From contig OX597824.1 of NCBI GenBank assembly GCA_951406725.2, positions 95,046,001 to 95,110,000 on the forward strand: 64,000 nt of DNA, given 5' to 3'. The notes under the pieces were generated by a model that was given only the letters and a program-made list of their open reading frames with translations, did not search any database and was not told where the DNA came from. Position numbers and translations under genes: made by a program. Below are positions 1 through 12,000 of this stretch, piece by piece (positions within the stretch are counted from its first letter, which is position 1; each line of letters starts with the position of its first letter). Source of the stretch: Octopus vulgaris. Lineage: Eukaryota.

Positions 1-937
1 CATTTCTGTTTTCTGGTTTTCCCCCCATTGTGTTTGACTTTGTTATTAACGCTGACTTCCTTCAGCTATCCTATCGCTTGTAGTTGTGAAGGGTTTCAAC
101 TCCACTATCACAGACACCCTATTACATGCTATTGATCTATGGTGGACATATCATTTATCATGCAATGTCCAAGTGAACAAAGCTATTTGACTTTCAGTTC
201 ATGACCTGTTAGTTCTGATATGTGACATTTTGGTGCCACGTATTTGGCATTGCTGATTTGATGCTGCCTTATTTGACATTAGATGTTGCAACATTTCTTT
301 CATTCTCGCCATCCTTCTCTCTCTCTCTCTGTTTATGTGTGTGAGCACATTTCCTTTTATGCGTATGAGGAGAGGGAAACTGTTTGTGTCAACCACGTTC
401 AATTAATCTCTCTCTCTCTCTCTCTGTATCTATATATTTATCTGTGTGTGTGTGTGTGTGTGTTTGCGTCCAGCAGCAAAAAGTACTGTTGCCAAAAACC
501 AGCTGAATGTCCAGCCAGCCGTGCTGCCAAATCGTCTGTGTCCAGTCAGCCGCCTTAAATGGTATCAGTTCACATCTACCACAAACATTCTGCTGGGTCA
601 CTATCTATACCCAGCTGGAAAACAGATACCAGAATTTTCCGGGGGAGCTACTTGCAGAGACATGCATATTACTGAAGGAGACATTTGTTTCATCTAGTTT
701 CCACTACAGAAGCAAAAACTTTGTCACTATTGATTGACGCTTGTGGTTTGCGAAAAGGTTAACTAACAATCATGCTAGACCATCAGCAATATCCTATTTC
801 ATTTGCTTTAATAATCTGTTAGAGTGTCACCACAGAAGGAACCAAAGTAGTACAAGAGTCATTTATCATTCTTTAATTCTTTTTTTTTGTTTTGTAACAT
901 GAGGTCTTCATGAGAAATAGTATAAAATACTTTCTTT

Positions 938-1191
938 AAACAATTGCAGCGTGGAAGGTGTTTATAAGCCATTTAAGAAACACACAAAAACCGTTAGATT
1001 CACTTCAACATTTAAATTTGTAAACATATTTGACGAAAATATTTTGAGAAATTAAATTTAAATGTTGAAGTGAATCTAACGGTTTTTGTGTGTTTCTTAA
1101 ATGGCTTATAAACACCTTCCACGCTGCAATTGTTTTCGTTCCAGCAAACGATCTCAGATCAGGTCACTTGCTATGCAAGTACATCTTCGTA
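938..1191 (+). mobile_element. Fold-back non-autonomous element with Penelope-like architecture (inverted arm, arm, 3' tail)
   Basis: Perfect ~82-bp inverted arms (938-1019 and 1054-1135), a unique ~55-nt tail, and a 12-bp direct repeat actttctttaaa at 929-940 and 1192-1203. Confidence 0.7.
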
Positions 1192-2067
1192 ACTTTCTTT
1201 AAAATTATTTTAATTGTAAAGTAACATACAGAATAACTGATTTTTGTTTTCGTTTGTTCAGGCATGAGATCTGTATTTTTACTTCTTAGTTTAAAAAGGA
1301 TCTGAAACTCATAATTGTCTTTCAACTTTCCTAAATCAAATAATGTAGTAACTGACTGATATCCTGCTTTGAGAAGAGCTGGTGTAGATCTTTCTTCACC
1401 TAAAGTATCCTTGCTGGCTGCCCTTAAAAATTCTGATCTGAAATGCCAAATGTGATATCTGAGGTCCTCATTTTCTTTCTGTTTACATTTCTACTTGGTT
1501 TCTTGTTTCTGGGCTTACTGACATCAAAACCCTGACAGAGCAGGGGTGGGGAAGGGGATTCCAATTTCCTCCTGATGTTCTAGAATCTTCAAAATATACA
1601 TAAACTCCCCCTGTGAGAGGGTAAATACGAGTCGGCTGCTTCTTCTTGAACAGCTGTAGTCAGTTCTATAATTGTAGACCCAGGGAAAAGAATCAACTGA
1701 TTGACTGTCTTAAAAGGATTCGTTTACTCTTCATTTTGGTCATACTATACGTAAAAACCGAAACCCTATACTCTCCATTTTAAATATATAAGGTGTAGCT
1801 GCGATATTCAGTCTGTGTAGAAGCTCCCTCGGTACCTGCAGTCGATTAGTTCCACTAGTTACATTACCCTGGCATCAACACTTTCCTGTTGAATATTTCT
1901 GATGGTTAGAAACATGATTATCGAAGAATCCCCTTAGCCCAGTAGTTTTCATTCTGATGTCACGGTTCACTGGAAATCAGGTAAAAGAATTACAGTGCAC
2001 CTCAAATGGAAATGAAAAAGATTAAGGTCACACTTTGCATGAAAAGCTTAAAAAAGAACGATTTTAA

Positions 2068-2299
2068 CCCTTTCGTTACCGTATTTATTTTGAGATGCTC
2101 TGTGTTTCATTCAATTAATTTTAATTATAACGAGGAATTTAGTAAAAGAACTTAGCTACCATTAGACTATCATTAGCTATCGTTGGGAACATAAATTGTG
2201 ACTAAGGTTTGGTAGAAGATTTTAATTCAATACTTATGAAAGTAAGACATTTGTACTACAGGGCCAGAGGTGGTTTTGGCTGGGTTGGTATCAAAAGGG
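2068..2299. mobile_element. piggyBac-like MITE, family 1
   Basis: TTAA on both sides; imperfect TIRs ccctttcgttacc / ggtatcaaaaggg. A related copy lies at ~51250-51480. Confidence 0.7.
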
Positions 2300-4233
2300 T
2301 TAAAATTGAAATTTTAGGGAAAACCACAATATTAAAAACTATTGCTTATCTCATTTATTAACCATAGTTGTGCAATCTAAGCTGTACCTGAATATCCCTT
2401 ACAACACACCATTTCAGAATCCCTGCTTTAACCAATGTTGTTCATGGTTCTACTGAAATAAAACGGTCACTACAGGATACTGGTGGGGGCTGACATGCCA
2501 AAGACTAGACCCACTGTTTCCTCTGTGTGTTGGAAAAGGTAACTAAAAGAGGTTGAGATAGGATTTGCAACCTGACTTCATAAAACCCTCACCAGCAACA
2601 ACTATCCAAACTGATCCCTCGGTTAGGGGGTTGACACCTGAGTGGTGAAAAGGGGTCATCTACCAGGAGTAGGAAATCACCGACAAATGATGGATGCAGT
2701 GTTGCACCGTTTAAAGTGCATGCCCTCATACCACTCCATGCTAATACCAGAAAATTGTAATTGAATTATCACCTGACTTAATCCAAATGATCGTTTTCCA
2801 CAGGTATGTTAGAAAAATAAGTTAACAAATTGAAAAGGAAAATGAAGAATATTCATTATAGAAATCAGTGTTTGACTCTTTTTGATCCCAACCAGCTTGA
2901 AATGGTTCTTAATTCTATGAGATAAAATTGCTTGTTTTAAAGTCTTTGTAATTATATCAAGATCTGCCATCATAATATTTTGTAAGAATATTTTAAAACT
3001 TATGTTCCAGTTGTTGGTATAATTATGAAAAGGTCATTTTATTCACCGCCCTCAAATTTTTGGCCATAATCAAAATTATTTGAATCACATAATGACTTCA
3101 ATTGTGTCGGTGGCGTGTAAAAAGCACCCAGTACACACCGTAGATTGGTTGGCATTAGGAAGGGCATCTAGCTGTAGAATCCTTGCCAAAGCTGATATTG
3201 GGGATCACTGTAGCCCTGCAGCTCATCAGATTCTGTCAAACCATGCAACACATGTCAGTATGGAAAACAGACAGTAAATGATAATAATGATTTATAAATT
3301 CACAGAGGTGGTGGATTCATTTAGAAATATGGAAACAAAAGGGTTAAGAGATGATGGCTGTTGATTCCATTTCACACTTTGTTTGCTCGTAAGTCGAATC
3401 GTCTTTATTAATTACTGACAGTCTTGAGTTTTTAAATTGAAGTATTTAGATAAATAAGTGTACTTTCTAAGAATGCACTCAAAACTCCACTGGATAGTTT
3501 TATCAAAGGGGGCGATAAGCTTTCCTTGGTATCTAATCAACTTATGTGTAATTAGATTTTTCACTTCACACACTTTTACTGTGGCAGATTTTCGTTTAAA
3601 ATTATCTTTACGTTAATCTCCTAACATGTAAATTAATCATAGTATTACCCTAGTTTAATGTTTGCCGTTACCATAGCAACACAATTTTGCTGGCTGGATT
3701 GTAATATCTTAAAATGCTACCGGCACTGCTTTATGTCCTTAGGCAAAGTACTTTACTGCCAGGGGAAGGGGAAATAGATAATGATTTCTGCTAAGTATAA
3801 ACATCCTTCACGAAAAGACTGAAAACCTAATGATACTGTGAAGAGTAAGTGCTCCGTACATTGAAAGACGATGTGCTTGACATCAGAACGAGGTAGACTT
3901 AGACATTGTGTTATGAAAATAACTGCCCTTGCATTTCAGGGACTGTAAATTGTGATTATAAATAGTAGAGAAAATAGCTCCAAATAATTAATTACATCCA
4001 GAAAAATGAAGAAGCTTTTTCGTTATTGCTTGACCTGCTAGAAACAGTAGCCCATTTTCCCTCAAATCAAGTTCTTCTATCTTAAAACAAAATACAAACT
4101 TGTTACAGATGGAATGCTTTGACTCTCTGCCTGCCCAGCCAGGGTCTATCTGCCAGACCTGGGGCTAAATAACAACAACAAACCCAACTTTATTTACATT
4201 TGACGGATTTTTGTCCTCATCTTGTTTGTTGTT

Positions 4234-4280
4234 AACACAACATTTCGGCTGATATACCCTCCAGCTTTCATCAGGTGTCT
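4234..4280 (-). ncRNA. Minimal type I hammerhead ribozyme motif
   Basis: Minus strand reads gacac-CTGATGA-a-agctg(gagggtatat)cagcc-GAAA-tgtt-gtgtt. Stem I is gacac/gtgtt, stem II is gctg/cagc, stem III is vestigial. A second copy lies at 4450-4495 (+). Confidence 0.6.
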
Positions 4281-4542
4281 TGGGGAAATTTTGAACCTGG
4301 GTTCTCATTCCTAAGGTATTTTTTGATGTTATTATTATTCAGCTCACTGCCTGGAATTGAACTCGGAAGCTTGGGGTTAGTAGCCCGCGCTCTTAACCAC
4401 TATGCTATATGCCCTTAGGAATGCGAACCCAGGTTCGAAATTTCCCCAGGACACCTGAAGAACGCTGGAGAGTATATCAGCCGAAAAGTTGTGTTAACAA
4501 CAAACAAGATGAGGACAAATATCCGTCAAATGTAAATAAAGT

Positions 4543-4919
4543 AGGTGTAGGAGTGGCTGTTTGGTAAGAAGCTTGCTTCCCAACCACATGATTCCGGGTT
4601 CAGTCCCACTGCGTGGCACCTTGGGCTTCTACTATAGCCTTGGGCTAACCAAAGCCTTGTGAGTGGATTTGATAGATGGAAACTGAAAGAAGCCCATTGT
4701 ATATATGTATATATATATGTATGTGTATGTCCCCTCAACATCGCTTGACAACCGATGCTGGTGTTTACATCCCTGTAACTTAGCGGTTCGGCAAAAGAGA
4801 CCGATGGAATAAGTACTGGGCTTCCAAAGAATAAGTCCTGGGGTCGATTTGCTCGACTTAAGGCGGTGCTCCAGCATGGCTGCAGTCAAATGACTGAAAC
4901 AAGTAAAAGAGTAAAGAGT
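4543..4919 (+). mobile_element. tRNA-derived SINE family A, representative full copy
   Basis: A-box-like tggctgtttgg and B-box-like gggttcagtcc, internal (TA)n/(TG)n tract, tail ...aatgactgaaacaagtaaaag. Other copies at ~6112-6508(-), 10078-10484(-), 19818-20193(-), 22312-22640(+), 24163-24750(+, tandem), 27700-28063(-), 49075-49445(-), 55165-55512(-), 56233-56575(+), 62005-62288(-). Confidence 0.85.
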
Positions 4920-6826
4920 AATGTAAATAATTCCTCGCCTCTCAAATATAGAACTGTAAAACCCAACTTTAGTTCAAATTCTTGAAGAATTGACATACGT
5001 ACCCTCAAAAACTTTTGGAAACAATTGGTTCAATACCAGTCTGAACAGAGCCTCACCAACAATATGTACCAAAATATAATTTCAGAACCAAATATTTTCA
5101 CTCTGCATGTGTTTGGCTGGGGAAGGAATTCCATCAGTTACAACGATGAGTGTTCTAGTTGATTCGATCAACAGAAAGAGCTCGCTTGCAGAATTAACAA
5201 TGCCATGGCTGAGCGCACAACAGACATGCATAACCTTAATTCAGTTCCCAAGAATATTCAACATGACACGGAATGTGACATGGCCAACCCTTTTGAAACA
5301 CAGGCACAAACTCATTTTTACCAGCTGAGCGGCTGTGTATATAAATGTACCATTACTATATGTCATCTATGTATCAAATGTAGATGTTAATTTGCTAAAC
5401 ATATGCCAAACTAATGAAAACAGTGCTTCTTAGTAAGCCGTAACCCCTCCTCCCGTTACATATCTCTTTACTGTTTACACGTTTAGTCTCTCTTATCTTT
5501 GTGAGAAGCGTGTCAAATGTAGATTGTTTTTCTTAGTTCTTTTTTTCTCTAATTTTCAATTGATCTCTGGCTTTTCGTCCACCGACTGCACTTCTCAAAT
5601 AAGTGGTCTTTATTTTCTTTTCTCTTTAATAATCTGGTTAAGTACAGGAAGTACCTCTTTTGTACTCTTTGCCCAGATAGCTACGACTGCTGCCTGTGAA
5701 TTTGACTTTATAGTAAACTCGGTTTCAGCTTGTGTAACAAATTACATTCTGAATGTCACCCACCTACATCCTATGCCAGTGGTGTTATTCTTCATTTCAG
5801 TCTGTTAGCTTATCAACCATAATTAGAACTTATTGCAACAGTTCTCATTTACTGTAATAAATATCATGGTGGTCTAATGATGCAGAACTTTGGCTGGAAG
5901 CTTAAGACTGATAGCTGCCTTGGTGCTATTGTTGAACGAGACCTTAATTATTATTTAATTCAAGATGTGTTTTACTATCCATAGTATCTCAAGCACCAAA
6001 CCATAGGGACCCCAACACAAACAAAGCATCCAGAGGAGATTTGTTTGGTCATTAAACAGGTTAACTTTTTTAAGTTACCTTTACAGATATATATATATAT
6101 TCTTTGATTTTTTTTACTTGTTTCGGTCATTTGACTGTGGCCATGCGGGAGCACCGCCTTTAGTCAGGCAAATCGACCCCAGGACTTATTCTTTGTAAGC
6201 CTGGTACTTATTCTGTCGGTCTCTTTTGCCAAACTGCTAAGTTACGGGGACATAAACACACCAGCATCAGTTGTCAAGCGATGTTGCAGGGACAAGCACA
6301 GACGCACAAATATATACCCATACATACATATATATATATACACACATATATATGACAGGCTTTTTTCAGTTTCTGTCTACCAAATCCTCTCAAGGCTTTG
6401 GTCAGCCTGAGGCTATAGTAGAAGATACTTCCCCAAGGTGCCATACATTGGGACTGAACCCGGAATCATGTGGTTGGTAAGCAAGCTACTTACCACACAG
6501 CCACTTCTTGCTCGAAATGCGGAGTAGATAAAACGGCCGACAGCTGATGAAGGATCGTTATTTATGTTACTTGTCTTGTTTTTCATTTGTTTCTTTCGTT
6601 GTTCGCAAAAAAAATTTGTATTCCATGTTTTCATATTTCATGTTGTTTTGATTCTATGACGTCCTGTACCCATATATGCATATCTATATACATATAAATG
6701 TATATCTATATACATATAACTATAAGTATGTACATATATGTATGTATATATATATTATTTATATTATATGATTGAACGTCATGCATCCATTTCCAAGTAA
6801 GTTATATATATATACGTGTATATATC

Positions 6827-7290
6827 ATCATCATCATCAGTTGACATCTGTTTTCCATGCTGGCATGGGTTGGATGGTTTGGCAGGAGCTGACCAGCTGA
6901 AGAACTGTCCAGGCTCCATGTCTCCCTTTGGCATGGTTTCTATGGCTGGATGCCCTTCCTAACGCCAACCACTTTACAGAATGTGCTGGGTGCCTTTTAC
7001 GTGGCACCACCACCTACGAGCCCACAAGATTAGGGATGCTCAAATGGAGAGGGTTGCAAGGGACAAGCCTGTATGCAAGGGCCACCACTTTGTTACTTAG
7101 CTTGACATGTCTTTCCAAGCACAGCAAACTGCCAGGAGACCCAGTCATCCCCTCTGTGAGTCCCAACGTTTGTAGATATTTTCTCACCACTTTGTTGTAC
7201 GTCTTTCTGGGTCTTCCCCTTCCACATGTTCCCTTCACAATTAGAGATTGGCACCTCTTAATGCAACCGTCCTCATTCATGCACATTGCA
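6827..7290 (-). mobile_element. RTE LINE 3' fragment
   Basis: Minus frame MNEDGCIKRCQSLIVKGTCGRGRPRKT resembles the ORF end of the LINE at 17463; followed by the shared 3' UTR and (GAT)n tail. Confidence 0.8.
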
Positions 7291-7633
7291 TGCATGCATA
7301 TATTGTTTCCTGAATTTGCAGTGCTGAGTTCCCCAGGCCCAAGATGGATCTGGTGAAACTACCAAGAACTCACTTGAACCCTTTACCATTCAGATCACTT
7401 TGTCAAAAAGTAATGCATATTCATTCACCATTGTTTTGAATTCCTCATACTTTTGGGATTTCAAAGATGTCATTCATTATTTTTAGAATGTCATTGTTGG
7501 GTAGGTGTAAGATGCCAGGTCTGACCATTTTGAACATAAAGCCAGTAGAATATTTGGGCCAGATATGGCCAATTTGAATGCTAAAGGGTTAGTCTATACC
7601 TCCCTAAAATTTCTTTAGTGTCTTCATCTACAT

Positions 7634-7883
7634 CAGTGGTACATCAACCGGTGTCCATATGACCCTTCAAGGGTCCATACACAATTTTGTTGTTAAATTT
7701 TATGTACAATAAATTAGTTATACTTCTACAATAGACCAAATATTTTTTCAATACAGTTCCTCATAATATTTCATTTGTAATTAAATATGTAGGATATTTT
7801 AAGCATCAAACGGCTATGGGGGTCCAATCAAATAAAATAGGAATCTAAGTGGCCTATAGGCACAAAATGGTTGAGAAACACTC
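7634..7883. mobile_element. hAT (Charlie-like) MITE
   Basis: Termini cagtggt...ggttgagaaacact; near-8-bp duplication atctacat/ctctacat. A related inverted copy lies at ~14428-14673. Confidence 0.5.
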
Positions 7884-8261
7884 TCTACATGGTCACCAGA
7901 ATTAGTATACAGCACAGTGTGGTGTCACATAAAGGTGCCTGCATGGTTCCATGTAAAAGCAGCTGTTCGGTGCCACATAAAAGCACCCAGCACACTCTGT
8001 AAAGTGGTTGGTGTTAGGAAGAGCAGCCAGCTGTAAGAAACCATGTGAAATCAGACTGGGGTCTGGTGCAGCTGCCCAGCTTGCCATCTCTGGTCAAACT
8101 GTCCATATCATGCCAGCATGGACAACTGATGTTAAATGATGACGATGCTGATGCTGATGATGATGATTTCATATCTTCCTAAGTCTTCATGATCTTTGTA
8201 AACTATCAAGATGGTGGTTATGCTAATTTTGAATTGTTTTTCTTTTTGTCTTTATTTGCAG

Positions 8262-8358
8262 TAATCTCATTTTTCAATCATGTCAATCTGTTATATGGAG
8301 CAATATCGGAATATTGCACCCTGGAAGGTTGTCCTCTCATGAATGGGCCTGGAAACGT
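8262..8358 (+). CDS. MOB2: MOB kinase activator 2, internal exon (ISFFNHVNLLYGAISEYCTLEGCPLMNGPGNV); upstream exons not found in window
   Basis: Acceptor tttatttgcag ends at 8261; donor gtaagt at 8359. Translation matches the MOB-family FFxxxNL-Y---SE-CT---C--M segment with the two Zn-ligand cysteines. Phase-2 join to 30707 restores V-QYFW. Confidence 0.93.
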
Positions 8359-8757
8359 GTAAGTTTGATACCGTTTTTTTTTCTTTTCTTTTTCTTGCTT
8401 AAAATGTGGATGTGTTTTGACTGAAATAAAAAAAAAAGAATAAGTGGCAACAGAAAACAAAAAAAAGAGCAGGGTGGGGAATAACAGTATTATGAAACTG
8501 TAGATAGATGAGAAATAGTGAGGTGGAGAGTGAGAGAAGGATGCACAGTGACAGAGATGGAAGTCAGAGATACGTAAGGGTGGGAATAGTGAGTGACAAA
8601 GACAAGGGGCTGTCAATGGTAGATATAAGAAGGTGCACAGGGAAAATGGGTGACTAAATGGGAGCTAAAAAGGTAAAGGATAATATTGAGAATGGAGTGT
8701 GGGTGACAAGGAAAGTGGTTTGTGGAAGCACAAAAGTTTGGGATGGAATATATAGAG

Positions 8758-9085
8758 AATACCAAACGAGTTCCCTATGGATACCGTATTTATTACAAGC
8801 CATGAGTTGTAATAAATACGGTATCCATAGGGAACTCGTTTGGTATTTTATTTATTACACACGAATAAACGACCATATTTTATTAACCCAATAACTAAAT
8901 TCTTCACGTTTAGTTGTAACTTATGAATGACAAAAGTAGTGCCGTCACCGTGACCTCAGGTCATCAACATGGATTGACCAATCAGAAGCAGCGCTGTCAC
9001 TGTGACCTCGGGTCATCACCATGGATTGACCAATCAGAAGCAGCGCTCGCAGTATCTGACATATGTTAGATACCAAAAATATCTC
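8758..9085. mobile_element. Unclassified element with a 41-bp perfect hairpin and two 52-bp tandem units (possibly Crypton-like)
   Basis: Arms 8758-8798 and 8807-8847; tandem units 8941-8992 and 8993-9044, each containing gaccaatcaga. The class assignment is tentative. Confidence 0.4.
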
Positions 9086-12000
9086 ACTCACATGTGTGTA
9101 ATAAGTGCAGTTCTCTGCTCATATAATTGCAGTAGCTGAGTGATTGAGGAATGAGTATTAGGGAGAGAAATTGTGGGGAAGGCTTGAGAGGGGCAGAATG
9201 AGTGCAGGGGCCTAAAAGGATATGCTTTTAGGACCTCTTGTTTACTGAGATGAATGGGTCTTCGTGAGCACAACGAATCACCACATGCATGCACATATAC
9301 ATGTGTATGTGTTTATTCTTTTATTTGTTTCATTCATTTGACTGTGGCCATGCTGGAGCACTGCCTCTAGTCAAACAAATTTTAGTAAAAATAGATAAGT
9401 AAATGAGTGGAAATCGGATCGGTGAGTGTGTTAAATTAATAAGGCACCAAAATAGAATGACTCTCCCCTGACACAATAATATTAATAATTATCCTTTCTA
9501 CTAAAAGCATTTGAGCAACCATGGAGACATCCTCCATTGAGTCATTATGCTTTGATTGCGCTTTTGTTGGCAGCAGGGTGGGGCTGTTTTTGTTTTTTAT
9601 GGTCTTAGCTTTGTATCTTATCAAAATTTTCTTTATTTCCATTTGCATCTCTGAACCCTTTCAGTTTAAATGTTTGTGTTGTATGAATGTATTTCTGGAC
9701 AGCCCACCCCCACCTCCCACCCCTCCAACCTTTAAATTATATCATGTCCCCAAAACTTCACTTGCCCTTGGGTGTTGGCTGTGTCCCGGCAAGTGATTGC
9801 ACAAAACATGCAGATTAAGAGAAAAACAACAACAATAATAATAATCCTTTCTAGGCCTGAATTACATCGACCCCTGTTTTTCACCAGTACTTAATTTATT
9901 GACTCTGAAAGGATGAAAAGCAAAGTCGACTTTGGTAGAATTTGAACTTAGAATGTAATGACAGACAAAATGCCGCTAAGCATTTTGCTCAGCATGCTAA
10001 CGATTCTGCCAGATTGCCACTTTAATAATAATAATAATGATGATAATAATATCAGGAGGGTTCTGAGCACTTGAAAGACTCTTTTACTTGTTTCAGTCAT
10101 TTGACTGCGGCCATTCTAGAGCACCACCTTTAGTCAAGCAAATTGACCCCAGGATTTATTCTCTGTAAGCCTAGTACTTATTCTATCAGTCTCTTTTTGC
10201 CGAATCGCTAAGTTACAGGGACGTAAACACACCAGCATTGGTTGTCAAGCGATGTTGGGGGAACAAACACAGACACACAAACATATACACACACATACAT
10301 ATATATATATATATACATATACACGACGGGCTTCTTTCAGTTTCCGTCTACCAAATCCACTCACAAGGCTTTGGTCGGCCCGAGGGGCTATAGCAGAAGA
10401 CACTTGCCCAAGGTGCCACGCAGTGGGAATGAACCCGGAACCATGTGGTTGGTAAGCAAGCTACTTACCACACAGCCACTCCTGCTGAAAACTTGTGGCT
10501 ACCTAAGGTTACGGGTAGTAACCCACTACCCACCTAAATTCTACCAGGAATAAGACCGCACCTGAGCCAAACTAAAATAAACATCCGTGAGTATCTGTGT
10601 CAATAATCTTTTCAAGGTTCCATTGTTGTAACTGAATAGAGTTCTATTTACATGGCAGTTTTCGTTCCCAGGTATGACAATGCTCTTTCTATTATTGTCA
10701 AGTTTAAATCCTGCATTAGGTCAAGTAATGTTCCAGTTCTTCTTTGAAGGTTGATACAATAAGTTCAATGTCAGTCTAGCTGTTGTTGTTGTTTGGGTGT
10801 TAGTCAATCCCAACTGAGCAAACCTGTGAGCAAATACATTCCAGCCATGAACATCTCATCTGTTTGTATATCCAGGGCTGCTTTTTTCTCATTTGTCCTT
10901 ATGAGAAAGATGGTAGGTGTAATTTGAAAGATGTAATTTTGTAATCTGGTAGGTGTGATTTGAATGAGACTGGGTACTATTTCTAGCATTTGAGCAACCA
11001 CAGAGGCATCCTTCATTGAGTCATTACGATTTGATTATGCTTTTGTTGGCGCCAGGGTGGGGCTGTTTCTTTTATGGTCTTAGTTTTGTATCGGATCAAA
11101 TTTTCTTTATTTCCATTTGCATCTCTGAAGACTCGGTTTTCAAATATAATTTTTTCCACGTGTTCCAGAGAGTATTTCCAGGAATAGCATTTGCTAATTT
11201 CCCTTAGAGTTTCATTTAGGTTCACGTGAAAGCTTTGTAAGTTATAAGCAGTTTGTCTTTAATGCCAGATCTAAGAACTCACTGCCACTGAGAGGGTACC
11301 AACTAATATCAACTGAGGATAGATTTTGATAAAATAAGCCATTATTTTATATCCATTATGATTCTGAAAATTGTGTGAATGATATTGTTGTGGAGTGGAG
11401 AAAAATTCAGAAGATGATGACCTGGGTGAAAAGGAGAGAGCTTCACTGAAGTATGGAATAAAGATGTGTTTAAACCAGCCATATCTAGTCCAAATAATCT
11501 TTTCTACTCTAGGCACAAAACTCTAAATTTTTGGAGAGGGAGTGGCCAGTCAATTAGATCAACTCCAGTATGCAACTGGTACTCAATTTATTGACCCTGA
11601 AAAGATGAAAGGCAAAGTTGACCTCGGCAGAATTTGAACTCAGAACGTAAAGACATACGAAATACCTATTTCTTTACTACCCACAAGGGGCTAAACACAG
11701 AGGGGACAAACAAGGACAGACATACAGATTAAGTCAATTACATCGACCGCAGTGTGTAACTGGTACTTATTTAATCGACCCCGAAAGGGTGAAAGGCAAA
11801 GTTGACCTTGGTGGAATTTGAACTCAGAACGTAGCGGCAAACAAAATACTGCTAAGCATTTCACCCGGCATGCTAACGTTTCTGCCAGCTTGCAAACTTC
11901 TTACCACAGCCATGTCTGTGCCTGATTCACTGATTAATACATGATTAATTGAAAACGGTGTGAATAAATAAGCATAATATTTAACAGTAATCTGAATGCT

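Larger units (their letters stand above)
4192..4958. mobile_element. tRNA-headed fold-back retroelement with hammerhead motifs, carrying a nested SINE
   Basis: Inverted arms 4192-4315 and 4413-4538; tRNA-like head at 4414-4341 (-); CTGANGA..GAAA in both arms; 13-bp TSD aaacccaacttta at 4180-4192 and 4959-4971. Confidence 0.75.

Noticed and set aside
4341-4414. Functional tRNA gene
   Set aside because: The acceptor and T stems do not pair properly; this is the head of a repeat element.
6510-6560. Hammerhead with GAAA upstream of CTGATGA (type II order)
   Set aside because: The required stems could not be formed from this copy, and a SINE abuts the 5' side.
1-8261. Upstream MOB2 coding exon (EWLA-containing)
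   Set aside because: No spliceable segment encoding this motif was found; it probably lies upstream of the window.
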